Source: Octopus sinensis (lineage: Eukaryota). Taken from it: a stretch of 64,000 bases of DNA. Location of the stretch: contig NC_042997.1 in assembly GCF_006345805.1 (NCBI RefSeq), positions 107,198,001 to 107,262,000 on the forward strand, written 5' to 3'. Below, in pieces: positions 13,354-24,984 of the stretch (position 1 is the stretch's first letter; the number at the start of each line of letters is the position of its first letter). A model generated the notes under the pieces. That model had not been told where the DNA came from, did not search any database, and was given only the letters and a program-made list of their open reading frames with translations. The translations under genes were made by a program, and so were the position numbers.

Positions 13354-13795
13354 TCAGCATATTGGCATAGTACTTTCTATTGTGGCCCTTTTGAAGTAGC
13401 TTTTTGTATCCCAAAAACCTGAGACCATCACTTTCCCTGCAGATGAAATAACCTTGGCCTTCTTTGGAGCAGATGAGGAAGGATATTTCCACTGCATAGA
13501 TTGTCTTTGGCTTAAAGTGATGAACCCAGCACTCATCATGGTTTTGAAAATGTTCACGGAGCCAGCTGGATTTGCCTCAAACAATGTCAGATTTTCCCAT
13601 TATATGATTGTTCTGGTGTTGATAAGGTGCCAGATGTGGCCCCCACCAAACAGAAACCTTCATTTAACAAGTTAATTGTGCAGAATATTCTCAACTCTCT
13701 CACAGGATATGCTAATAGCATTATCTATTTGATTTATATTCAATTGCTTGTCATCCATTAGCATGTGGTGAATATGAGGGATATTTTCCTTGGTG
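13354..13795 (-). mobile_element. Mariner transposase fragment, bordered by an RTE 3' end at 13800-14020
   Basis: RQSMQWKYPSSSAPKKAKVISSAGKVMVSGFWD and IHHMLMDDKQLNINQIDNAISISCERVENILHN. Confidence 0.85.
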
Positions 13796-14477
13796 GTGGC
13801 AATTTCAGGCTGATGCCAGTGCCCCCTGACTGGGCACCATGCCGGTGGCATGTAAAAAGCATCCACTTCATTCTCGAAGTGGTTGGCATCAGGAAGGGCA
13901 TCCAGCTGTAGAAACATTGCCAGATCAGATTGGAAACTAGTGCAGCTACTGACTCTCCAGACCTCAGTCAAACCATCCAACCCATGCCAGCATGGAAAAC
14001 GGACATTAAACGATGATGATGTGTAGTATATCAGTGCAGACATGGCTATGTGGTTAAGAAGTTTCATGTTCAGTCCTGCTGTAGAGCATCTTGAACAAGT
14101 GTCTTTTACTATTGTTCTGGTCTGAGCAAAGCCTTGTACACTTGATAGACAGAAACTGAAAGTAGTTCTTTGTGTGTGTGTGTGTAGAAAGAAATAGTTT
14201 ATTTTTGACCGGATACTTGTCCTGCAGATGCCTTACTCAGAATATAGCATCCATAATGTTTCTCCCGGGCACAAAACCAAACTGCATCCCATCAAGGTTA
14301 ATTCTCAATTAGTTGTGCAATGATCCTTTCTCTATGCATTTTGGCAGTGTGTATCCATGTGTGTTTATATTCATATATATATATATAAAATTCATGAGTA
14401 GGGCCGGAACAATGCAAAATAAATCCAAAGTAAATCACAAGAAAACAGGCATATGAATTAATGGTGACTTACCCTGC

Positions 14478-14514
14478 ATTCAATATTTCAGGGTTGTGAC
14501 CCCTGTTCAGGAAT
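14478..14514 (-). ncRNA. Minimal hammerhead ribozyme remnant (G8C, C11.1U)
   Basis: Minus strand ATTC-CTGAACA-GGGGT-CACA-ACCCT-GAAA-TATT-GAAT: stem I ATTC/GAAT, 5-bp stem II with one G-U, palindromic stem III AUAU, AUU cleavage triplet. Confidence 0.7.
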
Positions 14515-14575
14515 TAGCAAATGTTGCAAATGTAACCCTCCTCAGAATTCACCAATTCTGAGGAGGTATTAGCTA

Positions 14576-14605
14576 ATTCCTGAAGAGGGTGACATAACCC
14601 TGAAT
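14576..14605 (+). ncRNA. Hammerhead remnant in the opposite arm (intact CUGAAGA, 8-nt deletion of GAAATATT)
   Basis: ATTC-CTGAAGA-GGGTGACATAACCCT-GAAT; same element as 14478-14514 in inverted orientation. Confidence 0.6.
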
Positions 14606-14821
14606 GCAGGGTAAGTCACCATTAATTCATATGCCTGTTTTCTTGTGATTTACCATGGATTTATTTCACATTGTTCCAGCCTTACTCATGAATTTTATAT
14701 AATATATTCTACACAATGCTTCATACTAACTATTCCATAATAAAATAGGGTGTTAATAAATTATTATTACCAGTGGCCTAGCACAAAAAATGAATTAGTC
14801 ATTAGACTATATATTATTCAT

Positions 14822-15040
14822 ATAGAAATACAATAAGAGGCTTCTAAATAGGAAAGCGTTGTGCTAGAAAGAGCAGTAGAAATCTCGACCACAAAAAAGG
14901 ATAAATGTTTACCATCTCGAGATGGTAAACGTTTTTAATTTTCATTCCTTTCGTGAATTATTCTTTTTTGTGGTCTTGAGATTTCTACTGCTCTTTCTAG
15001 CACAACGCTTTCCTTTTTGGAAGCCTCTTATTGTATTTAT
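14822..15040. repeat. Second inverted repeat (about 83-bp arms) enclosing a perfect 24-bp palindrome
   Basis: Arms about 14822-14904 and 14958-15040; GTTTACCATCTCGAGATGGTAAAC at 14907-14930. Confidence 0.85.
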
Positions 15041-15138
15041 ATATATATATATACTCCAGAGTAAGCACATAAATGTAAAATAAGGTGGGGGCAGAAGTTG
15101 TACTTGAATACTGGAAGTAGAGTAATATGCTTTATTAT

Positions 15139-15988
15139 TGTTACACCGCCGCCACTCAACTCAGGACCCTAAGACCCTAGGCCTTCCGGGTCGATAAAGG
15201 GCCCTAAGTTGGCGACGACGACTACGCTCAGTCAAATCGGAAATCCACAACAGAAAGCGGGGGTGGGCAGCAAACGCAAGCCAGAAACCGAAGACAACAA
15301 CAACAAAGAGAGACAGCGGAAGGCAGTTGCTTAGATTTAACAATTTATATAACTTCACAAAATCAATCAAAACATTTCAAATACATTTACAAACAAAAGC
15401 ATTTAACCACAAGGTTAACAGACATTTAACAGATCGTGCACAGAGTTAAAAAAAGAACAATCAATGGCATTTAGCAAAATACAACGTCCAACAACAATCA
15501 AAACAATACAGAAGTTGGAGAACAATCGAAGCAAATAGTCTTTCTCTTTTCTTTTCACAGTCTCTTTCTCTTTCCTTTTCTCCTCCTTCCAACACAATGT
15601 TCTTTTTACAGTCTCTTAAAACTTCTTCCTTTTAGAAACACATCTTACAGTTCTTTTTTTTTTCTTAATTTTCTTTTCAACAGACTATGTCACAGATTCC
15701 CCATATTTTTACAATCAAAACATCAAAGTTCAAAACACAAATCGAAACGTAAATAAATATTACCGGCACATATTCCATCGGCAACACTTTCTGAGCACAC
15801 TACAAATTTTCATCTCGCTAACTGACCGTCTCTCGTACCTGTCCCTTCACTGTCATCTTCTTCACTACCTCTATCTGTCTCTCTCATCTTCATCTCCTGG
15901 CTGCTGGCTGTCTTCCTCACTTCACCGTTGTCATCTCCTGGCTGGCTGTCCGCATTAATGTTTTCCCATTAATTTTACCTCCGTAACA
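15139..15988. mobile_element. Solo LTR (850 bp), Gypsy-like
   Basis: Ends TGTTAC...GTAACA (6-bp terminal inverted repeat, TG..CA), 4-bp TSD TTAT at 15135-15138 and 15989-15992, no coding capacity. AATAAA at 15752 on +, but orientation is unresolved. Confidence 0.8.
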
Positions 15989-16847
15989 TTATTAATGGTC
16001 CCTATTCGTCAAACAGTTTTGATTGACGTTTATGTGCTTACACTGGTGTACCCCGTTCCTTTTTAAGAAAGTTTGAGCAACTCCCACGAGTAGGAAGAAG
16101 AATCGGTTATATATATATACATGCAGAGTTTCCATCTCTTAAATTTTACTCATCAGATATTGGTCTACTTGAGGCTACAGTAGAAAATATTTGTCCAAGG
16201 TACTTTACAGAGGGGTTGAATCTTGAACTACATGGTTGCTAAACAAACTTCTTTACCACATAGCTGTGTTTACTCTTAAAGAGAGAAGACAAAGACTTTT
16301 AGACATTTTCCTTATACTTATGAGAGTGAAAAAGTATTGTTACTAATATGTGCAACAATTAATGAAAATAAGCTATTATACAAGAGGAAAGTTTATCTAT
16401 TACAACATGTAACTGTCATTTATTTGTGGACATTCTTCTATCAGTTGAATCATATGTAAACAATGTTAATTCAACTTGTATGCAAATGAAACCTATTTAG
16501 TCATGTGTTTGTCAACTGGAGACACTATAATGGTAGATTACAGTGTTTAATGTTTTGAGTGAATTTTATTTAAAATATGATCACAAAAGGGTTAAGTATG
16601 AAAAAAAAACTTCAACTAAAAGCCTTCTTTTAGTAGTAATCACATTGCAGAAGTTTTATAATGATTATATAAAATTAGATATTAGATTGAACATGTTATA
16701 TGCAAGTTGCTAAATTTTTGCACTTTCATATGAGTTCTTAAAGGTCATATTTAGTGGTTTAGGGGCTGAATATTGTGGTAAAAAAACTAGAAAAGAATGA
16801 ATGTTGACAAGTATAAGAAGAATGGAATTTTGGGTGAATAAAGAGTA

Positions 16848-16976
16848 TGATTCTAAAAGGTAGGCAATAAAATGAAAGATGGGTGGAGTAAAGAAAGTTG
16901 TGGAATAGACTGATTCTAAAAGGTAGGCAATAAAATGAAAGATGGGTGGAGTAAAGAAAGTTGTGGAATAGACTGA
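16848..16976. repeat. Perfect 63-bp tandem duplication
   Basis: TGATTCTAAAAGGTAGGC...GGAATAGAC identical at 16848 and 16911. Confidence 0.95.
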
Positions 16977-18329
16977 AATAAGTGATGGTAGGTGTGATAT
17001 GTTTAGATTAATAAGACTGAAGAGTGCTGAGATAATATTGATTAGAGTGAGCATAAGGGAAATTCTATTGTGATGTATTTATGCTATTAAGGAATATGGA
17101 TGTCAGGAAATCTCTGCAAGTTGACCTGACTAAAAGCTCACCCTTTCAAAAGAAGCAGGAAAAGCAGAGTATTTCACAAGAAACTCAAAAATCTACAGAA
17201 CAAAGTTATTAGGATAGATCAGAAAATAATAAATTCATACAACTAATGAATTAATAGAGCTGCCAGATGCCAAAGCATGTTGGAAGTACTTATGAAAATA
17301 ATTAAGGGTGCATTTAGTTTGACGAATTTATCACAGCCTTGATTTATAATAAGCTTGGAATATTTGATGAAATAAGAAGTAACCTGTAAAAAATAATTAA
17401 GGGTAGCACCTTGCTGTATTTGACACTAAGAATGTCGTTCAGAAAATACAGAAATAGGATTATTATCTGATAAAAATGACATCAAAAATAAACCAACCAT
17501 TGAAAACTAAAGCGGCTGAACATCAATGGTAACTTATTTAAATATGTGTCTGCTATGTTTACCACAAAGTTACATCCATCTTTAGTCTTTTTAGGGAATG
17601 GCTGTTACTTGTGGAAAGCAAAAAGAACGAAAGATATAATTTATCAACTCATAAAGATTATAGAGATTTTATGCAAGTGCTGAAAATTTAAGGCTAGGTT
17701 TTGCACAACTTTTTATTCTAATGAGTTTCTAAAAGTAAGGCTTCATATTTCTAAAGTAAAGGGTGTCTTCTTTTAATTAAAGATATTGTTTTATTATTAT
17801 TATTATTTCTTTTTTGTTAGCACTAACATTGCAAACTACAAAAGTTTGTAGCCTAAGCAGAAACAACTTAAAGTACTTGCTGGTAGCTAAAATTACAAAG
17901 TCTAAAATATGTAACAAGTAATATCGTTCAGCTTATAAGAAAGTTATAGCTTGACATTATGTAGACAATACAACTTAGTTTAAGCTGTATTGTCAGTATT
18001 TCAGTCAGACTGACACCTCTACTGCACTGGGTTGACACAGTTGTAGGTACATGCAACTCAACCTTAAAATTATTGACTACACACACACACACACACACAC
18101 ACATTCTCTCTCTCTCACTCACACACACACACACTAGATATGCCTTATCTTCTTGGTTTAATGTTACTCATAATAGTATAGTGGTTTTAAAGTTATTTGC
18201 ATAGTTCTGTTCTTGATGACAAACTATTTTTCATTCACAGATGAGTTGCTTAGTAAAACATTTTAGTATATGCTGAAGCCTATATAGTTACAGTGTAGTT
18301 ACACATTGCACTACTATTATATTACTGTA

Positions 18330-18710
18330 TTAATTTTTCATGGAGGCAAAGTGGCTGAGTTCCTTTCAAGTGTTGGACTTCATGGTAGCAAAGTGGCCGA
18401 GCTCCTTTCGAGCATTGGGCTTCATGGAGGCAATGACCAAGATCTTTGGCATTATGTTGTGCTTGAGAAAAAGACCCATCAAGCCAAGCAAAATCGTAGT
18501 CGTGGCAGATGCCGGTGTCATGCAAATGGCAGCCATACCAGTGGCTTGTAAAAGCACCCATTAAACTCTCAGTGGTTGGCTTTAGGAAGGACATCCAGCC
18601 GTAGAAAGCCATGCCAAATCAGACTGGATCTTAGCACAGTGTGCCAACCCAGTCAAACCGTCCAACCCATGCCAGCATGGACAACGGATGTTAAATGATG
18701 ATGATGATTA
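18330..18710 (+). mobile_element. RTE 3' fragment with (GAT)n tail
   Basis: LGFMEAMTKIFG remnant, 3' UTR and GTTAAATGATGATGATGAT tail. Confidence 0.85.
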
Positions 18711-20271
18711 AATGAGATTGGATATGTGATGACTACTCTCCTTATCTAGGGATGAGTTATTATTTTGACTTTTAACCTCAAATCAATTCTGATGAAGCAG
18801 ACCCCTAATCAAAGAAATTCAAATTGTAACCACCCCATCTTTGGGGTGCATTTAGGACATTATCTAATGTGCCTTTTTTCCTTAATACTTTTGATACCAA
18901 CATGCTAAGACTGCCCTTTGTTCTGTGATACAAACTCCCTGTTTTAAACTGATTGGAATTAATATCTTCCATCAAAATTTCCTGTTAATTTAAGCTCAAA
19001 GCATCAGTTAAATAATGACAAAGTTATCTTACTAAATTCTTCTTTATTTTAAAAATTAATTGAAATAAAGGTACTGTATCTCAATAGAAATATGGTAACA
19101 AAAGATTAATATGTTGATGCATGTTTCAAGAGATATTTGTCTGTTTTTCTAGTTGATTGAGAAACTACCTAGAGGGTTCCTCACTGGTTTTTATAAGTTG
19201 ATAAATATAACATTGTTCCTGTTGCTAGACTATCAGAGTTTGTACGCATTTCTGAACCTCCACATATAATATACACTATATAGTGTAGAGTTACAAGTCT
19301 TCTGGGTTAATTTCTTACTAGAATTTTTTTGTTTCACGTCCCTAGTTTAACTTTTAACATTTTGTTGAAAAAGATTATTGAATAAATTTAAGTCAAAAGC
19401 TCAACCCTGAAATATACAAGTAGAAAATAGTTTTAACTGGATTTGTTTATTCAAATGCTTTTTAGTATTTTGTGGTCAGGTTACTGTGAAAATTAGCTGT
19501 ATTTTAGAAAAGAATTTGTTTTTATTCTTATGCAGTTAGTAATTTCATCATCATCATCATTGTTTAACATCCACCTTCCATGCTGGCATGGGTTGGACAG
19601 CTTGACAGGAAATGGCCAAGCAGAAGACTGCGCCAGACTTCTGTGTCTACTCTGGCAGGGTTTTTATAGCTAGATATCCTTCTTAACACCAACCATCCCA
19701 CAGAGCTAAAAATAATGTGCATCTATGTTTGTTAATTAATTACATAATGAAAACTAGAACTAAACTCCAACAATGTCTCTGGTCATATTTTGAGCATGTA
19801 CAGGTTACTACACTGTAATAAACCATTGTACTATCTTGATTGTATGGTTAAGAAGTTTAATTGAAAACCAGGTGACTTTAGATTCAGTCCCATTGCATGA
19901 CACCTTCGGCAAGTGTCTTACCCTGGGCTAACCAAAGCTTTGTGAGGAAATTTGATAGATAGAATCTCGTATAATGTTGAGTCAGGGCTCCTTGATTACA
20001 GGAGAAGTGGTATCAACAGGGGCTTTTCTTTTCTTGGAAATATAGTCAATTATTAATTCTTTCACCAATTCTAGATGTGAGATGAACTTTAAGTGTTTCT
20101 CAATTCAAAATACATTTACTGATCATGTTGCATCTAAAAGAAACCAAAATATATATTTCCACCACATTTTGCTTTGTTTCTGCTCCCATACTAGATCTGC
20201 AGTTTGTATATTTTTGGATGAATTTTGGGGTATGTATAGTCAGACACACCTTTTTCTATTATTTCTAATCC

Positions 20272-20500
20272 TGATGGTGGCAAGCTGGTAGAATCATTGA
20301 CATGCTGGGCAAAATGCTTAGCAGCATTTCGTCCGTCTCCACATTCTTCTGAGTTCAAATTTTGCCAAGGTTGATTTTGCTTTTCATTTTTTTAAGGGTT
20401 GATAAAATAAGTACCAGTTGAATACAGGGGTTGATGTAATTGACTTACTCCCTCCCCCCAAACTTACTGGCCTTGTGCCAAATTCTGAAATCAATATTAC
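20272..20500 (+). mobile_element. tRNA-derived SINE with a Meta/Sauria-like central domain
   Basis: Head GGTGGCAAGCTGGTAGAATC...GAGTTCAAATT, then GATTTTGCTTTTCAT...GGGTTGATAAAATAAGTACCAG. The family resemblance is from recall. Confidence 0.6.
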
Positions 20501-20900
20501 CAATCCTGTTAACAGTTCATAAAACTCTTGTTACCCTGCATATGTAAGTAAGAGTCTTGTAGTCACTCATCTTTGTGTGTTTGCAAAATTACTGGAAAAC
20601 GGATTTTCACCAAATTGAGTAGGAATACTCATTGGGTGAGTGGCTCAAAATGATGAAAATTCGGTTTGATTATCTTCAAAACTGGTGGACAGATGAATCA
20701 AAATGTTTTGACTGTGCAGATTTTTTACAAAAGAAATTATGTGCATACAGGGTATGCATCGTTTTGGCATGTTTTCAACACAACAATCTATTACTTGCAC
20801 ATAAAAACATGTATTATGTTTATTAAATACTATTTAACTCTCACCAGATGGAGTACTTTTTTTGTTGATCTTACCATCACAGAACAGTACACAATACACA

Positions 20901-21800
20901 CACTAGCAATGTATCCCAGCATTGCCCAGGTGTTATGACCAACAGCCACATTGTATTATTTGTTCCTTTCTTGTGTGCAGAATTGGCACTGCTGATATAT
21001 AGTGAACTGGATTACTGGCGTAATGGAAGTTATTGTTTGTTTAAAAGTGAAGAGTGTGGGTATAATTTGCATGGGTTTGCATGAAAGTGCTTTCTGTTCT
21101 TAAGAAGGGTCACAAACTATGTATTGTTTCATTGTATAAAAAGGAAATTAATACGATTTTGTCCAGAAATCATGTTTTCAAAATTTTAATTTCTCCCCAT
21201 CCACATTGCAATTTCTTAATTTGTAAGTTAAAAAAAATTTTTTTTAATCCATGTAGAAAACACAGAGATTACGAATCTGGGAAATATATATATTTTTAAA
21301 AGTTTTTCTTCAGGAAATACTCAATGCCCCTTTCCCCACCTTGCTTGCCCCATCACCTACCCACTTTCAAAAAGCTAAAACCTCCCAATGTTTCACTTTC
21401 ATCTGATGTTTCATGCTTACGTAGAATCACACTGAAATAGCAGACGTAAAAAATACCAGATCATTACCAGAAAACCTAACATGCTACAATCAACAGCTAA
21501 ACAACATTATTTCTGTAGAAACTTCCCTGCTTTCCAAAAAGCTAAAAGTGAAACATTGGGAGTTTGTAGCTTTTTGAAAGGGGTGATGTGATGGGTGAAT
21601 GTTGAGGAAGGAGATTTTAGTGTTTCTTTTAGAAAATAGGAAGAAGAAAATTCTTAAAGATTTATACTTTGTTTTTTCTCCATGGATTATCGAGAAAAAA
21701 ATCAGAAAAAAGTAAAAAAAAAATTAAGAAACCGGGTTGGGGAGGGAGAAAATTAAAATATTGAGAACATGTTTTTTGAGTGAAATCCTATTCTCCTGTA
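20901..21800 (+). mobile_element. HINE-like (non-autonomous Helentron/Helitron) element with an internal diverged inverted repeat
   Basis: Starts CACTAGCAATGTATCCCAGCATTGCCCAGG (cf. 52351); arms about 21165-21400 and 21543-21780 are diverged reverse complements. Confidence 0.55.
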
Positions 21801-21887
21801 TCAAAGTGTCCAGCCCATGTTAGCATGGAGAGCAGACATTAAATGATGATGGTGATATTCTCATTCACATAACATCTTTATATATGT

Positions 21888-22570
21888 TATCATCATCATC
21901 GTTTAACATATGCTTTCCATGCTAGCATGGGTTGGACGGTTTGACCAGGGTCTGAGAAGCCAGGAGGCTGCACCAGGCCCAGTCTGATCTGGCAGTGTTT
22001 CTACAGCTGGATGCCCTTCCTAACACCAACCACTCCGTGAGTGTAGTGGATGCTTTTTACGTGCCAGGCAAGGCTGGCAATGGCCACGATCGGTTGGGCT
22101 TATTACGTGCCACCGGCATGGAGGCCAGTCGAGGCGGCGCTGGCAATGGCCACGTTTGGATGGTTCTTTTATGTGCCACCAGCACTGGTATCACAACTAC
22201 GATTTCCATTGATTTTTGATCGATTTCAATATCACTTACCTCAACAGGTCTTCATAAGCAGATTTTTGTGTCCCAAGAAGGAAAGGTATGCAGAAGTGAA
22301 CTGGCTACATCCCAGGTAGAGGCCACGGGTTATGGTCTCACTTGTCCTGCCGGGTCTTCTCACGCACGGCATACTTCCAAAGGTCTCAGTCACTAGTCAT
22401 TGCCTTGGTGAGACCTAATGTTCAAAGGTCGTGCTTCACCACCTTGTCCCAGGTTTTCCTGGGTCTACCGCTTCTACAGGTTCCCTCAACTGCTAGGGTG
22501 TGGCACTTTTTCACACAACTATCTTCATCCATTCTTGCCACATGACCATACCAGCGCAATCGTTGCTGGT
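21888..22570 (-). mobile_element. 5'-truncated RTE LINE with tail
   Basis: (CAT)n tail, 3' UTR repeats, RLRWYGHVARMDED...[15 protein letters not shown]. Confidence 0.93.
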
Positions 22571-23104
22571 AAACAATATTTTGAAAACAAGTATTTAATT
22601 TCATATAGATGTTTGTGTGTGGGGGGGGGGGTGAGAGAGAAACTGATAAGTAAATACAATTTATGATAAAAATTTGCAGTTTTATTTTGAGTAAAATATC
22701 AGTGTCTTTCAGAGCAAAATCTATGAAGGTTGTTTGCATGCTTTTCTGCCTCTGACTGTTGCTCACTCCCACTCCATTTGTTATTTTACTCTTCTTTCCA
22801 CAAACCATGACCAACAGGGCACAAATAGCATTTTATCATAAGTATATATATATATAAATATATATCCATGTATGAGTGTGTGTATATAGGTATATGTATA
22901 TTCACACATGTTCAAGTGTATGTCATCATTTTTTTAATGTCCACTTTTCCTGCTTGCATACATCAAAGATTATTGAGGCCTATTCTCTCTCTCTCTCTGT
23001 ATATATATATATATGACTATCATCATCCTCATTTTATGTCCATTTTCCATATATTCTTTTTCCAGACTGGTTTGTTTGTCTCTCTGAATTCTTGTTGTTT
23101 CAAG

Positions 23105-23640
23105 TAATTAACAACCAACCTATGTTGAGGACTACATTCGCCACCTGGGAAGGACATTGCATTTATCTATCATGCATTCTGGAGAGAATGTAGTCCATCT
23201 GGCTTGTGTGCAAACCAGATCATAAGTAGTGAAGTGATTGACCATTTCCTGAATTTAGTGTTGCAGATCATTAGGTCATTTACTTCACAAAACTCCAAGA
23301 CTCTTCTTCCCTCCTCAGTTTGTGAACCAAATCCATCACTGTTGTTTGTCAAAATGATCTTTTTGTTCATCCTGCTATCCCAATTATATAGGCATACACA
23401 AAGTTACTTTTGTATTTTCCAAGGCTAGTCTAATTATTGTATCACATTCTGACTGTCTCAATCACTTTATCCACCCATTTCTCTGGCCACACTTCTTACA
23501 CTATCACTATTGCTTTTCCAGATGCTATATCTGTTTTGTGACAAGTCAGGCTGAGATTCCTCTTTGTCTTATCTTTTGCATGCAGTATGTCTCCATTCTA
23601 GCTTTGCAACAATTTCACCAGACCTATCTTCCAACATATC
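23105..23640 (-). mobile_element. RTE APE-endonuclease fragment
   Basis: DGFGSQTEEGRRVLEFCEVNDLMICNTKFRK. Confidence 0.8.
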
Positions 23641-23861
23641 TATGTTGACTGTGGTTTCTGTAAGGATGTGAACAAGCAGCAAAGAGCAAGTAGGGAGCTG
23701 AATAACAGTATTCAAGATATTTGCCTGCAGGCAAACTGTTCTTGCACATTACCAGTTTCATGAATAATATAACCTCTCAACTGAACCGCTGCTTTCACAG
23801 ACCCTCAAATTTTCATGGCCAACTAGATAGAGAAGAAAAGAAAAGGATAAATATATATATC

Positions 23862-23897
23862 CTTTCTGTTGAAGAGTGTAGGCTCGAAATGTAAAAG
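23862..23897 (+). ncRNA. Penelope-type minimal hammerhead remnant (A6U)
   Basis: CTTT-CTGTTGA-A-GAGT-GTAG-GCTC-GAAA-TGTA-AAAG: stem I CTTT/AAAG, stem II GAGT/GCTC, GUA cleavage triplet; sits in a short repeat (23861-23975) between (AT)n and (CT)n. Confidence 0.65.
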
Positions 23898-23986
23898 ACT
23901 TTCTCGCTTCCCGAGCGTTAAACTAATACATCTATTTGTTGTTTACACACCTGTCTTCGTCTTTTTTTTTTTTTTGTAAATTTTCA

Positions 23987-24027
<41 letters not shown>

Positions 24028-24029
24028 CA

Positions 24030-24258
24030 CAGAGGATGGCCCAAAAGTAGGTTTACAGTTATTCAACTATCTTTTTAGCTTTCATATATTAACAGTTTAG
24101 ATCTTAATTATAAAAAAATATGAAATTATTCTATGCTAATTTAGTTAATTTTACCAATCTCCCTTTTTAGTTTGTAAAATAGAAATTCAAATAAAATGTT
24201 TTAAAAGAAATTTAAAGTGCCTACATGATAACTGTAAACCTACTTTTGGGCCACCCTG
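24030..24258. mobile_element. Tc1/mariner MITE (about 230 bp)
   Basis: TIRs (TGGCCCAAAAGTAGGTTTACAGTT / AACTGTAAACCTACTTTTGGGCCACCCTG) followed by TA. Confidence 0.85.
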
Positions 24259-24984
24259 TATATATATACTTCTTTTTTATTTCCATTTCTTTCTCCTCTT
24301 TCTTCTTTTTCCTTTTCTTTTATAACATTTCTCTTCCACAGTCATATCTTGGCAGGAATCCTATGTATAGATGTGTAAATTCCATCATTTCCTTTAGTCA
24401 TAATTTTCTGAAGACCCTGTGTGCCAACAGGCAAAACTCAGAGTAGCAAGAAACTGACTCAACCAAAAAATAAAATACAAATATAGCAAGACACTTGCTT
24501 CTGCCTCTGTATTTCTCTGTCATGCTCTAACATCATCTGACACTGGGTCACCTCCTCCAATGACCCCTCCGTTATAGCAAGACACCTGTTTCTGTCTCTC
24601 TGTCACATTTTAATCTTTCATCTCCTGACACAAGTTCCCCTCCTCAAACACTTCAGCCCCTCTCAAAATTCCTTGTCTTGCAAGTTACTTTGTGACCATT
24701 CCAGTGCTGGTGCCACGTAAAAAGCATCCAGTCCACACTGTAAAGTGGTTAGCATTTGGAAGGACATCCGGCTGTGCTAGTGCCACATAAAAGCACTGAA
24801 TTCACTCTGCAGAGTGATTGGTGTTAGGAAGGGCATCCAGCCATAAAAACTCTGCCAAAATAGACACAGTAGCCTGGAGTAGTCTTCTGGCTTGCTGGCT
24901 CCTGTCAACCATCCTACCCATGTATGCATAAAAGATGGACATTAAATGATGATGGTGATGATGGCATATGCACATAGATGCAGG

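Larger units (their letters stand above)
14383..14700. repeat. About 320-bp palindrome: inverted Penelope-like pLTR pair carrying hammerhead ribozyme remnants
   Basis: Arms 14383-14518 and 14572-14700 are near reverse complements; inner 13-bp stem CCTCCTCAGAATT/AATTCTGAGGAGG; flanked by AT runs. The Penelope assignment is inferred from the hammerhead motif. Confidence 0.8.

Noticed and set aside
18720-19110. piggyBac-like MITE
   Set aside because: Only one degenerate end (..AAAAGATTAA; similar ..AAAGGGTTAA near 16590); no matching second TIR or TTAA pair confirmed.
17999-19200. Chain of small + strand exons (RLTPLLHWVDTVV / DELLSKTFL / LIEKLPRGFLTGFY)
   Set aside because: Weak donors, no recognisable protein, and consistent with chance in AT-rich DNA.
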